Below are positions 53,180 through 64,000 of a stretch of 64,000 nt of DNA, piece by piece; positions within the stretch are counted from its first letter, which is position 1, and each line of letters begins with the position of its first letter. The notes under the pieces were generated by a model. It was not told where the DNA came from, searched no databases, and saw nothing but the letters and a program-made list of their open reading frames with translations. Source of the stretch: Moniliella sp. 'wahieum' (Eukaryota); assembly GCA_003971905.1 (NCBI GenBank), contig RSEE01000098.1, forward strand, positions 1-64,000, given 5' to 3'. Position numbers and translations under genes: made by a program.

Positions 53180-56100
53180 ATGCCACCCGTCGGCGGGAAA
53201 CGTGCTGGGCACACTGCGCCTGTTAGCAACTCGGATGTGGTGCCGTACCGTCTGCAATGTGACATGTGCAACGCAGTTTTTCGTCGTGCTGCTGCGCTAC
53301 GCCGTCACCAACGCATCCACACCAACGAACGGCCCTTTGGTGTGAATTCTGTCCACAACGCTTCACCCGTACCGACCTGCTCCAGCGTCATGTCGCTCGC
53401 TGCCATCCTGACCCTAACCGTCAGTTCTGGGCCGAGCAGCAGCAGCAACCACAACAACAGCAGCAGCAACAGCAGCAGCAACAGCAGCAACAGCAAAACA
53501 GCAGCAGCAGCCACTTGTCCCCGGACCTTCCTACATGTCGTCAACCCAGCCCGCGCTCATCAGTCCACACACGCAACAGCCTTCGCTCTTTTTCGCGTCG
53601 CAGGCCCCAATCGACGCCGACGCTGCTGTCGTCAGGTACCCCGTTCAGTCTCGAGACTCTTCAGGCGGGACGTTCCCGAACCCGTTCCAGCTGGGGAGCT
53701 TTCAGTACCAGGCGTCTCCCGTGGCTTCTGGATCTGGGCCTGGGTTAGGGCCTGGCCCTGGGCCGCCGGCTCCACCTGCGCAGGCAGCCACGTACCTTCC
53801 TGCGCGGCTTGACAGTGACAGTGCGTCTGGGGGCCTTGCGTTGACGCCGGACGACGCCTCGGCGTGATCCTTCTCTTTTGGCGGCATGGACGCCTCCTGC
53901 TCCCGACGCGCAATCGGGAACGGGGTCGACGCATGCGTCCGGTACGCAGTCGACGAGCAGCGTGCAAGCGCGCACGGTTGGACCGACGCTTACTCCAGTG
54001 CTGGTTCAGCGCCTGCTTCAGCCTCGCTTCGGCGTACGATTGGCGGTGCAGCTTGCGCGGCTTGTAGATCCGGACCGGGGGGAAAGACCCGGGTGGGGCG
54101 GACGGGTAGCACCGTACCAGCGCCGAATGGAAGATATTGTCTTGGCTGCGTTGTTGAGCCAGCGTATCTCGGATGGCGCCAAGGCGAAACGGCTTCAGTG
54201 GACAATATGTTACGGCTTGTGTATGCGGCGAGGACGTTGGCGTCGCCGTCGCAGTCGATCCCCGCTACGGTTCCACAAGCTAACTTGATTGTTGGTCGGG
54301 ACCAGGAGGGGTACACTTGAATCCGTTATCGCTCTACCCTCCTCCTGAACCATGGGACTTGACTTTATTCGCTACCAAGTTTAATGGTCATCTTCCTTTC
54401 ATTCATCAGCCTAGTCTCTTCTCGCCTCACCCGACTGCGAGTTTGTTCACCGCCCCGCACCCGCTGCAGGGTGCTAACGACGCCTCGCAAGGGCAACACG
54501 AGGCCCAAGAACTGGTCACTGCCGAGGCAGACTTGGTTCGTGCAATGGCCATCATCGGTCGCTGTTACCGTTCGACCCAACCGCTCGGGAATGGCGAAAA
54601 AACGAAACACATGGTTGGCACTTGTCCTGGCTGTACTATGGTACGATGTACTCCGCTTAAAGACGATCCAAGAACTGGTACGCACTCTCCCCCCTGCCCT
54701 GCCCCCTCACTTACCATGAGCATGGAGCATGGAGCATGGAGCATTGAGCAATGCACCATGATTGCACCCCTTGCTGTCATTTCCCCCTTTGTTTTTTTTG
54801 CTGACGTTCCGTTGCCATGCCCCAGACAAAGCAGGAAGACTCTTCGCTGTATGGACTTCCGCGTACGCACGTGCAACGGCAGCGTCAGCTGATTCTAATG
54901 CGGCGCATCCAGACGTTGGTGCTTACGACGCTATTTGCGTGTTTTGGTCCGTCGGGCGCGGCGCGCGGGACATGGAACACGAACGACGGCGGGCTGGAAA
55001 ACACAACAAGGGACGTAACGTCAATCCGGTTTACGCATGGTGCGCTGATGCAAGGCTCGTACCAACTGATGTGCGTGTTTGTCGAGCTAGATCGAGCGGT
55101 GTACGATGGATTTGCATCGCATGTGCCCTGGACACTCTGGCTCGAGAGGGAAGAGTGTCTCCGTACGCTCTGGGCCGCGTATACAGTAGACGTGTTACTT
55201 GTCATTTCGCACAAGTTGACACCTTGGTTCCCCAATCCCGATCCGCTTACTGACATTTGCTGGGAACGGCTCTGGACCGCTGCGAACCCAATGGAATTCG
55301 ATGCTGCGTGTCGTAAGTACGATGCGACGCATTCCGACTCACGTGCTGCCGCCTGACCCGCCTTCCAAGCCAACGTCAAGTACGTTGCGTCCGTCGGATT
55401 GGAGTGGGGCCAGTGCGCTGCCGGGGGGCAAGCGTGCGCGGTTCGAGGAGGACCACGGGAGCGATACCGATCGGCACTTTTGGCCTTCGGCGCAGACGAG
55501 CAAAGGGTTGGGCACGAGCGAACGGATGGAGCAAGATCATCAGACGGACAAGGAGGATTGGGTGTACATCCCACCTATGTTACGGGAGCGACCACCGAAT
55601 TTGTGGGACGTGGTAGGTCTGTTTGTGCATTCGGACGAGTCGGACGAGGCGGTGGTGTTGGCGGTGACTGCGCTGGCTGGGATGGATTCCGGTGTGGAAA
55701 CGGGACGAGGGGTTTCGAGCTCGGTTTGGTTGGGCAGGAACCGAGGCGAGCAGCAAACCGTTTCCATCTGCTTCTTTCTCTACGGGCGCCGGCCCGGCCG
55801 AACGGCCCGATACGATCGAAGAATCCCCGCCTGCTGAAACGCAAGAGGACCAATCGCCTCCCAGCATGGTTGGGGACATCAACGGTGTGTACGTAGGGTC
55901 CAAGGACAAGGGCACGATGTGTCGTCGTCTGAGTGCGACGGGGTACTGGATGATTCTTTCGCAATTGGTGTCGATGCTGTGTGGGCTGTTGGCCGGGGAC
56001 ACCGAGACACGCAAGCGACTTGCCTTTTTGGTGCGGGAAGCAGAACTTCGACTGCGCAAGCTGGGCAAGACGCCTGCGGAAAAAGGAGGTTGTGGGAACA

Positions 56101-57690
56101 AGAGCTGCACTCGGTCGACAAGGTACTCTTTTCCGTCCGACAAAGTTGGCGCAAGCCAATGAGAATCTGTTGGCGCATACACCTCGGTTACAGCGTGCCA
56201 TGGCGCGCTGGCAAAAATCCTTCACGGCCGCTGGCCATCCTTCTCCTCGTCCGCGGCCTTCGCACCCCCCGTCTCGCGGGCAGCAGAACGGCAAGGAGGG
56301 AACCCAAGATAATAAAGGCAAGAAGAAAGGGCAGTTTTCTTACGCCTCCCGTTCTGGCGTGAACCTTTCTCTATGTACTGGGCGGCCCTTCACCACATTT
56401 TCCGTCTGCACCACTTGATTCAAAACAACCGTCGCGAACTGGGGAAACAGACACGTTCATGCCTCTTTGACCCGGCCTCCGCGCCCAACGGTTCAAACCT
56501 ATCTTGCGCACCTGCCTCCCAGCCCCCTCCTGCCGCGCCTACAACGCAATCGGCTACCCAAGCCCCGTACCTGCCTCCTGCTGCTGGATGGGGGGGCGTG
56601 CCGTTCCCATCGAGCGGCTGGACAGGGACAGGGACGATGGGGGGACGTCAATGACAGGTGATCAGCGTATGGATCAGATACCGCTTCCTATTCCTCCGAT
56701 CGAGGGACAAGCAACCAATGGTGGGTGGAACCGGGGGGGTTACAGAGGACTGGGCCAAGTTGCTCATGACTGATGGTCTGGGAATCGAATCGCTCAACAA
56801 CCTTTTCTTCCCTGACCTCTACCCGCCCACTGCACCGCACATGTCCCCTTCCACCTCGCTCGGATCTCAACCGGGTTCGGATCTCAACCGGGTTCGGGAT
56901 CTCAACCGGGATCGGGATCGGTAGATATGTCACCTGGAGCATGGCAGGCTGCGCACCAGGCGCTTTCGCAGCCTCTAGGTGCGGACCTACAAGATCTAGC
57001 ACACCTGCGGACGTTGTACTCGCCTGTGCCCGATAACCAGACATGGTTCCCGCCGCTACCCGAGCCGGACACGAGGGCGGCCGGGACCGCGGCTGTGCCC
57101 GCCGCATCGGGGACAGGGACCGAGGGGGACGCAGCTGCCTTGGCGCTGCACCGGGGCCGACTGGTGTTGCAGGTAGCCTTGTTGCGCAAGGCGTTTGCCG
57201 GGTACGGGCCCTACGGCCCAGCCAAGACGTATGCCGCGTATGGCCCGACGGGGCACGCGTACGACGTGGTGGTCAGTGGCAGTCTGTGGGACCGGCACGC
57301 GGGCGGATATGCTGGTGCGCCTGGTGGTGCGTCTGGTGCGCGCGCTGGAGCAGGTGGAGCGGGTGGGGCAAGGAGGGAGCAGCGTGCTGGGCCGAGCACT
57401 GGGCCCGGTGCTAGTGCGACGCCCGGCGGGCAGACGGGGAGAGCGAGTCGGACCCAGGGATGGCGGAGGAAGCAGAGGAGGATGGCCATGGCCCGAGCGC
57501 GATCTTGAATGTGCTCGGGGTGCTGCGGCTGCACGTGTACCTGCGCGAGGCGCTGTATGGGCAAGATGGCGGGGCGCAGATCCCAGCGGCGGTGGGGTCG
57601 GACGAGCAGATGATGCGGGTGCTGCCCACGCTCGCCGCCTTGGACGCCGACAGCGCGCTGACGATGCTCTTCCCCACGCTCGAGCTGTAG
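53180..57690 (+). CDS. C2H2 zinc-finger transcription factor with a fungal TF-like middle region; may be more than one gene
   Basis: [27 protein letters not shown] then [22 protein letters not shown], poly[25 protein letters not shown]. Confidence 0.7.
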
Positions 57691-58137
57691 CGGGCGGATG
57701 AGGATGGAGTGGAGAGGAATGGCATGGCATGGCATGGAATGGAGTGGAGTGGAGTGGAATGGAGTGGATTGGAGTGGTTACAGCCTCGAGGGATGGGGAG
57801 CAGAGAAGCGTATATAACCAAGGCTTCGCGTGAAGGTCAAGGCCGCCGCAAGGGTTGAAACGCGCATCGGGCGGGTCACGTGCGCGCTGGCCGAGCGGCG
57901 GTGAAAACCGGGAGCACCACACGACACACTGCCCCGTGCCCACCAGCCCATTTCATTGTCACCGACTGGTCACACTCACCCGTCAGTCCCACTCCCACTC
58001 CCACTCTCACGCTCTCTCGCACCGCCTCCTTGGCCTCGACGCGCCCTCCTCCTTCCTCCTCCTCTCCCTCTTCCTCCTCCTCTTCCCCTTCCTCCTCCTC
58101 TTCCTCCTCCTCCTCTCCTCCCCGCATCCCCTCCCCC

Positions 58138-60643
58138 ATGCCCCCCCCCGCACGCACCCCGCCCGCTGCGCCCCCGACACCGAGGCCGACGACGAGTGCT
58201 CGTCCGACAGCGACCACCACGGCACCCTCTCCACCGCCTTTGACCGTCTGCTGGCCACCGTCGTCGCGCCTTCTCCCGGTCCTCAGTCGCCCATCGCCGC
58301 CCGCGGCCTGGCCGCCGACCTCTACACCCCTCCTGCCGGCTTGACGCTTCGGCCTGCGCGCTCCGACCCGCCTGTCCCTCCCTCCTCCAGTCCACTCAAA
58401 GGCAAGGGCAAGGCCAGGGACAGGGACAGGGACAAGGGCAAGACCAAGCGCACCGACTGGGCAAGCGACAACGACACGAGCAAGATCAAAAGCAAAGGTC
58501 AGACCAACGGCGGAGTCCTGCCCGTCTCGCCGTTACGTCTTCCTTCTGCCTCGGATGCGTCCTTGCCCTTGACCTTGTCGGCGCCCAACCCGCCGCCTTC
58601 GTATAAGCGCGCACGCTCCTTGGCTGCGCGCCTGTTCTCCAACCCGCCCGCGCGCTTCCCCGTCCGCTCCTCCGACCCGCACACGCAGCAGGCCTACTTG
58701 CCGCCGACGCAGGAAGTGCCTGATCCTGAAACCGAAGGGGAAATGCTCTCCACCACCGGGGTCGGGGGGACAGTGTTCAGGCCACCTTCGTCTTCGCGCC
58801 AGCCTTGGAGCTACGCTGGGCGTGGACCGCCCTTGTCTTTACCGCAGTACGGCACGTTGCCTGGACGCCGACGAACACGAACTATCTCTGAGGTGAGTGG
58901 GTACCATGCCGGTCATGGGTGGTGGTACAACCTCATTCGTCCCCCGGCCAGCACGGTGGAACGCTGGCTCGATTCTTGGTCCCAGAGGTGGACGATGCTT
59001 GTGGTTGTACCCAGTTGCATTGTACGTGTCTTCTTTTTTCTTTTTTTCTTTTTTCTTCCTTCTTGGCCTTTGTCCTCGTCCCCCCCCAGCCCGATGCAAC
59101 ATATGGACAGGACCGCGACTGAATCGTGAAGACTGACAAGAGGGACCCTTTGCTTGTGTTCTTGCCAGGTGTGGTTCTGGTGTGCCGTGCCTTTTCCCAA
59201 GTCGAGTCCGACTGACCCTAATGGTCCTTGGTGTGCGGGGCCCACTCCGCCCCCCTGGTGTTATCCCACTCTGCCTATGGGAGCGACCGCACCCATCTCG
59301 TCGTCGACAGCGCTGGAGCCGGACCGGTTGGCACCGAGCCTTGCGCTACAAGTGCAGACGTTTGTCCGTCTCTGGTTTGCCAAGGTGCTGGAGGCGACGT
59401 TGGTGCCGAGTCTGTTTGTGTCGGAGCCAGTTCCGCCAGTAGACGCCAACTTTTGGTTTTTCCTCATTTTTTACTATGGGCTGTACTGTGCGGTGGGGCT
59501 GCTGTGGATCACGCAGCTCTTTACGCTGTACCGGCTCAATTGGTGGCCCAAGGCGTTGGGAGCCAAGATTTCCTACACGTTTTTCTGGGTGGCCTCGTTG
59601 GGCGCTGGGTACGCGCTGCATGAACTGGACCTCTACCGGCACGCGGACGAGCCGGATGGAGACTGGGACTGGGAAGGCGATGACGTGCAGTGGCAGCGCA
59701 AGACCATGTGGGTGGGACTGGCATTTGCAACGATGGCCATGCCTGCGCTAGTGTGTTTTGTAGGTCTTCGTCGTTCGGGCCGGCAACGGCACAGTGCGAT
59801 GCTTACCGATCTCCAACGCACCTTTCTCGCGCGCCAATTTACACGCCGCATCCCCGCGTCGTACACGCGCTTCCTGTGGTTCATGTTGGCGATTGGGCTT
59901 GCGCTCGGTGCACTGGTTCTGGGGCAGGCGTATGCCTCGGTCTACCTCTCCACCCTGCCGCACTCGGGGATCGAAGGCACGGCGTACGTTGCACTGTGGC
60001 AGATGACCGTCACGCTCTTGACGCTGGTGAGCAACTGGGTGCTACGTCAACGCGTTCGCAGTCGCGCGTTGAGCTTTGTGTTCCAGTACTACTTTTCCTC
60101 ACGTACTTCATCTTTTATCGCAACTTGTTTGCGCGTCTGCAGTCGTTCAACCAGTTTGCGCTGTTGCAGCTGCTGTCGTCGTTTTGGGTGTGCATCTGGT
60201 ACCCGCTCTGCATGTCTGGTGCGGCGCACCGGATCGTATCCTTCTTTGACCCGCACCCGGTTTCATGGGAAGAACACGTGGAAACGATCGGGCTATCGAT
60301 CTACCTGCGCAACCTGGCGCAAAACACCACCATGGTCGCCTTTCTGGGCTGGGTGTCCATCCTCCACTTTGGTCCGAACCAAGCGCTCTACCCGTTCTTT
60401 GCATTTGACGATCGCTACGAGTACTCCAAGACCATGCTGGGTGCGTCGGCGATTTGGGGCTCGGAATTGGCCTCGGCATTTGTCGCGCGCTTTCTGTGCA
60501 AACAAGTGTTTGCCGTGGACGTGACCAATTTGGGATTGGGCGATTTGCGCGCCTACCCCGAACTGGTGCCCACTTGCCTCTGGACATCGGTCCATGTCCT
60601 GATGGACATGCTGCTCTTCTTGCTCAAACTCAATTTTCGTTAA
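58138..60643 (+). CDS. Conserved fungal multi-pass membrane protein of unknown function (one intron ~59022-59168)
   Basis: Long coding frames with many hydrophobic helices (DANFWFFLIFYYGLY, RRIPASYTRFLWF, ...LLKLNFR). Confidence 0.75.
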
Positions 60644-61003
60644 TCGGAATGGCAATGGCAATGGCAATGGTAAGGACGAGACCACTCCTCACGCACCATG
60701 CATCTCCCAACGGCATCCGGTCGCGACCTCTATCGCTTAGGCGCTTATACCCCTTCGACCCTACCCCACCATCCATCCCCCCCACCCCCGCTTCCAACCT
60801 TATCCTCATCCTCATCCGCATCATCATCCTGATCCTCATGTTCACCTCCTCCGTTTCCGCACAGCACAAGAGAACCAGTACCAATGCCCCAAATATACAT
60901 TGTGTGTCAAGCAAGGGCACACAGAAGAAAGAGAAAGAGACAAGCAGCGCATAAGGCGCATAGAAGCGTCCCAGGCCCGTAGAACCGGACGGGAGATAGA
61001 TAC

Positions 61004-61206
61004 GTTGTGTTGTGTTGTGTTGTGTTTGTTGTGTTGTGTTGTGTTGTGTTGTGTGGTTGTGTTGTGTTGTGTTTTGTGTTGTGTTGTGTTGTGTTGTGTT
61101 GTGTTGTGTTGTGTTGTGTTGTGTTTGTTGTGTTGTGTTGTGTTGTGTTGTGTTGTGTTGTGTTTTGTGTGTGTTGTGTTGTGTTGTGTTGTGTTGTTGT
61201 GTGTTG
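61004..61206. repeat. (GTGTT)n microsatellite, ~200 bp
   Basis: Read directly from the sequence. Confidence 0.97.
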
Positions 61207-61317
61207 CGTGCGCCCGGACACGCCTCGAGGTGGCACACGCACGTCGCCATCGTCATCTACGCGCAACACGGCGTGTGCTGCGTCGCTGCGCAGGCGGTAG
61301 GGGAGGGTGCTCTTAGA

Positions 61318-61963
61318 TCAGGCCGTCTTGGCCTGCTGGACGTACGCGGGCGGAGGGACCTGGAGGCGGCGGGTAAGCGTAGTCGGTCTCCTCGGGCGGC
61401 GGGCCGGGCGGGGGCTTGACCCACGCGGCGGCTGGGGCGGTGGAAGGGGCAGGCCGGGAGGTGGGGAGAAGGCAGAGGGAGGGAGGAGATGGCGACGACG
61501 GCGCTGCAACAGCACGATCGCAGCCAGCGCCACGAAAAAGACGCCAATCAAGACACCGATCCCTGTTGCGCCCAAGCGAGCACCCACACAGCGGAGAGAT
61601 GGAGGCAGTCAGTGCTGCTTGCCATACGCCGTGGACAACAGTGGGAGGGCAGCCGAACAGGACGGAGGGCAGGTGGGGCATGGGAGGAGACAGACGGACG
61701 TACCAATGCCCCACTTGGCCGCGCTGCCAAGACCACACCAGCCGTAGCCGGTGCCAAAGGCGTCCTCGTAGCACGTGCGTTTCGCCAGCGTCGGCATCTT
61801 CCCGGCGGGTGCGGGGCAGGCGGCGGGCAAGACGCTCGAGATGGCGAGCGACGCGGCGAGGTTGGTGAGCAACGCAGCCGGCGTGGCCGCCTCGCACCAC
61901 AACATTAATTGGCACCGATCCGATTGCCGTGACGCTTAGCTTAACCCCGACGGTGCACATCAC
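61318..61963 (-). CDS. Small single-pass membrane protein with PPxY-type motifs (Rcr1-like), probable intron
   Basis: Signal-like N-terminus, KRTCYEDAFG..WC, TM segment GVLIGVFFVALAAIVLL followed by RRRR, and VPPPAY. Confidence 0.45.
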
Positions 61964-62047
61964 GTGCCCCGGCGTTAGCGCTTAGCCTTGGTGCGATCAC
62001 CTCGTTGCCGCTCGCATGATGCTGATGGCCAATACTGGCTTGCTCCC

Positions 62048-63206
62048 ATGTCCACCTCCCCCCCCGCCACGCCCCCCCGCGCGCACACCTCCGAGCAAGA
62101 GCTGCTGGTCCAGCAGGTGCACGCCGCCGGCGACGACCACTACCACCGCTGTCTCGGCGTGGAGAAGGCCGCGCGCGCCCGTCGAGATCCGCAAGGCGTA
62201 CCGCAAGCTCGCTCTCCAGCTGCATCCCGACAAGAACAGTGCGCCCGGTGCAGACGAGGCATTCAAGCGCGTGCTCAAGGCGTTTACCGTCCTTTCCGAT
62301 GTGGAGCAGCGAGCGTTGTGGGATCAGACGTTGTCGTCTCCTCTTGGGCCTCGTGCGGCGCGACAGGCAGGTCCTTCGTTCGCCCCTCCCGACTTTGGTG
62401 CTCCGGATGAACTCTTCACTGCCTTTTTCGGCCCCGGCAGCGTGCCGTTCCGCTTCTCTTCCCCGGGCATGCGTCGTCGCCGTCCGCGGGCAGGGACGAT
62501 ACGGACGATCTGCCCCTACCTCTGCCTGCTGCTTCTGCTTCTGCGCGCGACTTCCAGCGTCGTGGGCGTGGTACCAACCCCCAGCCCGCCGAGCCCAGTT
62601 GGTCTCACATTTTGATCCAGGTCATCCCCATTCTGTTGATTGTGGCGTGTGTGTGTGTTGTGTGTACGCCGCATCTGTTTGCGCCTCCCACGCCCGAGTT
62701 TCGCTTTGCCCCCAGCGGGCGCTACACCCGCCACCGCTTTAGTGCGCGCAACGGCGTGTCGTACTACGTTGACCCGGCCCAGTTCCGGAAGGCTACAGCT
62801 GCGCTGGGCCGTCCCAATGGCTTAACTTCTTCTCCAGCCTTCGCCACTTTGAGCAGCAGGTCGAGTCGCACTATGCTACCAACCTGGTGGCGGAATGTGA
62901 TCGAGCACGCAAGGTGCAACAACGCAGGTTGTGGAAGGCGATGGGCTTGGATGGAACGCCGGTAGGTACTCTTTCTTGTGCGGGGCAGTGGGGCCGGAGA
63001 TGCGGTTTGGGTTTGAGTTGAGTTGCTTAGCTGACGTTGTTATTAATTGTCGTTGTTGTTGTGGTGATGGTTGTCCTTGTCCTTGTCCTTGTCCTCGTTC
63101 TTGTTCTTGTTCTCCTTTTTTCTGCCAGGCGGACCCCAGTCGGGTGACCCGGATCCGCTCCGAGCGCTTCGAAGCGTGTGAGCGGCTGCAAGATTTTCAG
63201 CAGTAG
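62048..63206 (+). CDS. DnaJ protein, Hlj1/DNAJB12 type (J domain, TM segment, DUF1977-like region)
   Basis: [48 protein letters not shown], final exon EACERL. Confidence 0.85.
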
Positions 63207-64000
63207 GACGCCGTTTCAGTGGATCCGGTTTGGCCCCTGGATAACGACCTACCTGTGCGTGCGTAGACGGCGTGCGGGATTTGGGCCAAGATGGCTAGAT
63301 GGCCAACTGAACGTTGACCATCGATCGTCCGCTGGCATCTACAACTACGCTGTGCTGGCCGAATGCAAATGCGGACGTTCCAGCTGGGCGTTGCGCGGTC
63401 GGGTCGGGGCACTCGCAGGGTTCTCTGCCGGGCCTCTCCGCACGGCATTTCCTCCAACACGCTGGGCTCAGTTGGTGTCCTGTGTCATGTGTCCTACCCC
63501 CTCCACGCCGCCGCGCGCGTGGTCCACCTCTCTACATGCAGAAAGCCGATCTGAATCCTTGCGCCCCAAACCGCATTCGGCAAGAACTCAGATTCCAAGA
63601 GGAGTACACTGTGCACACGGTCCACTGCGGCTGTGGCGAGTGACTAGTAGTGATCCCGTTGCCGGGTATCAAAGTGATCCTCCCTGGCAACTGGCGACTA
63701 CCGCTCCCCCACCATTTCCCATTTCCCTACCCCTTTCCCATTCCCCATTTCCCATTTCCCACATGTCAAGTCGATATCTGATACCCCTGGGATCCCCCCC
63801 CTACCCCACGTCGCCAGAGGCCTCGGGCCATTCAAAATGCGACCGCTATGCCTCACATGGGCGCACCCACGATCCTTTTGCCTGCTCTTCTTCAACTTGA
63901 GCTCAAGCTTGAGCCTTAGCATCAGCGCCTTGAGCGCAGAAGCTTGAGCCGAGACAGAAAATTTAAACTGCCACATGCTCTTGCTGAAATTTGATCGTCT

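Noticed and set aside
60630..61419. Cys/Val-rich and Thr/Gln/His-rich ORFs
   Set aside because: Translations of the (GTGTT)n microsatellite.

Overview
This is eukaryotic fungal DNA. The 5S, 5.8S and SSU signatures and the gene content point to a basidiomycete, probably a long-branch Ustilaginomycotina (inferred, not searched). The window has four parts. (1) Bases 1-8800 are the edge of an rDNA array: 5S, a repeat-rich IGS, 18S, ITS1, 5.8S, ITS2, and a 28S that breaks off at ~8800. (2) Bases 9.9-16 kb hold GC-rich genes: a methyltransferase, a SUR7/PalI-like protein and a Pro/Gly-rich protein. (3) Bases ~17.8-28.2 kb are a gene-poor, partly lower-GC island. It contains a heavily decayed RLE-type non-LTR retrotransposon relic, a 950-bp element with terminal inverted repeats, and a gag-like ORF with a tandemly duplicated domain. 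(4) Bases 28-64 kb are dense housekeeping genes: D-aminoacylase, WKF protein, beta-tubulin, Rab11, RidA, SmD3, Hsp110, Pil1-like, OCA/Siw14 phosphatase, uS11, calmodulin, polyol dehydrogenase, a C2H2 transcription factor, a membrane protein and DnaJ. Most genes, including essential ones, carry single-base frameshifts, which points to an unpolished long-read assembly. CDS coordinates are therefore approximate spans that include introns. All identifications come from recognising motifs by eye; no database search was run.
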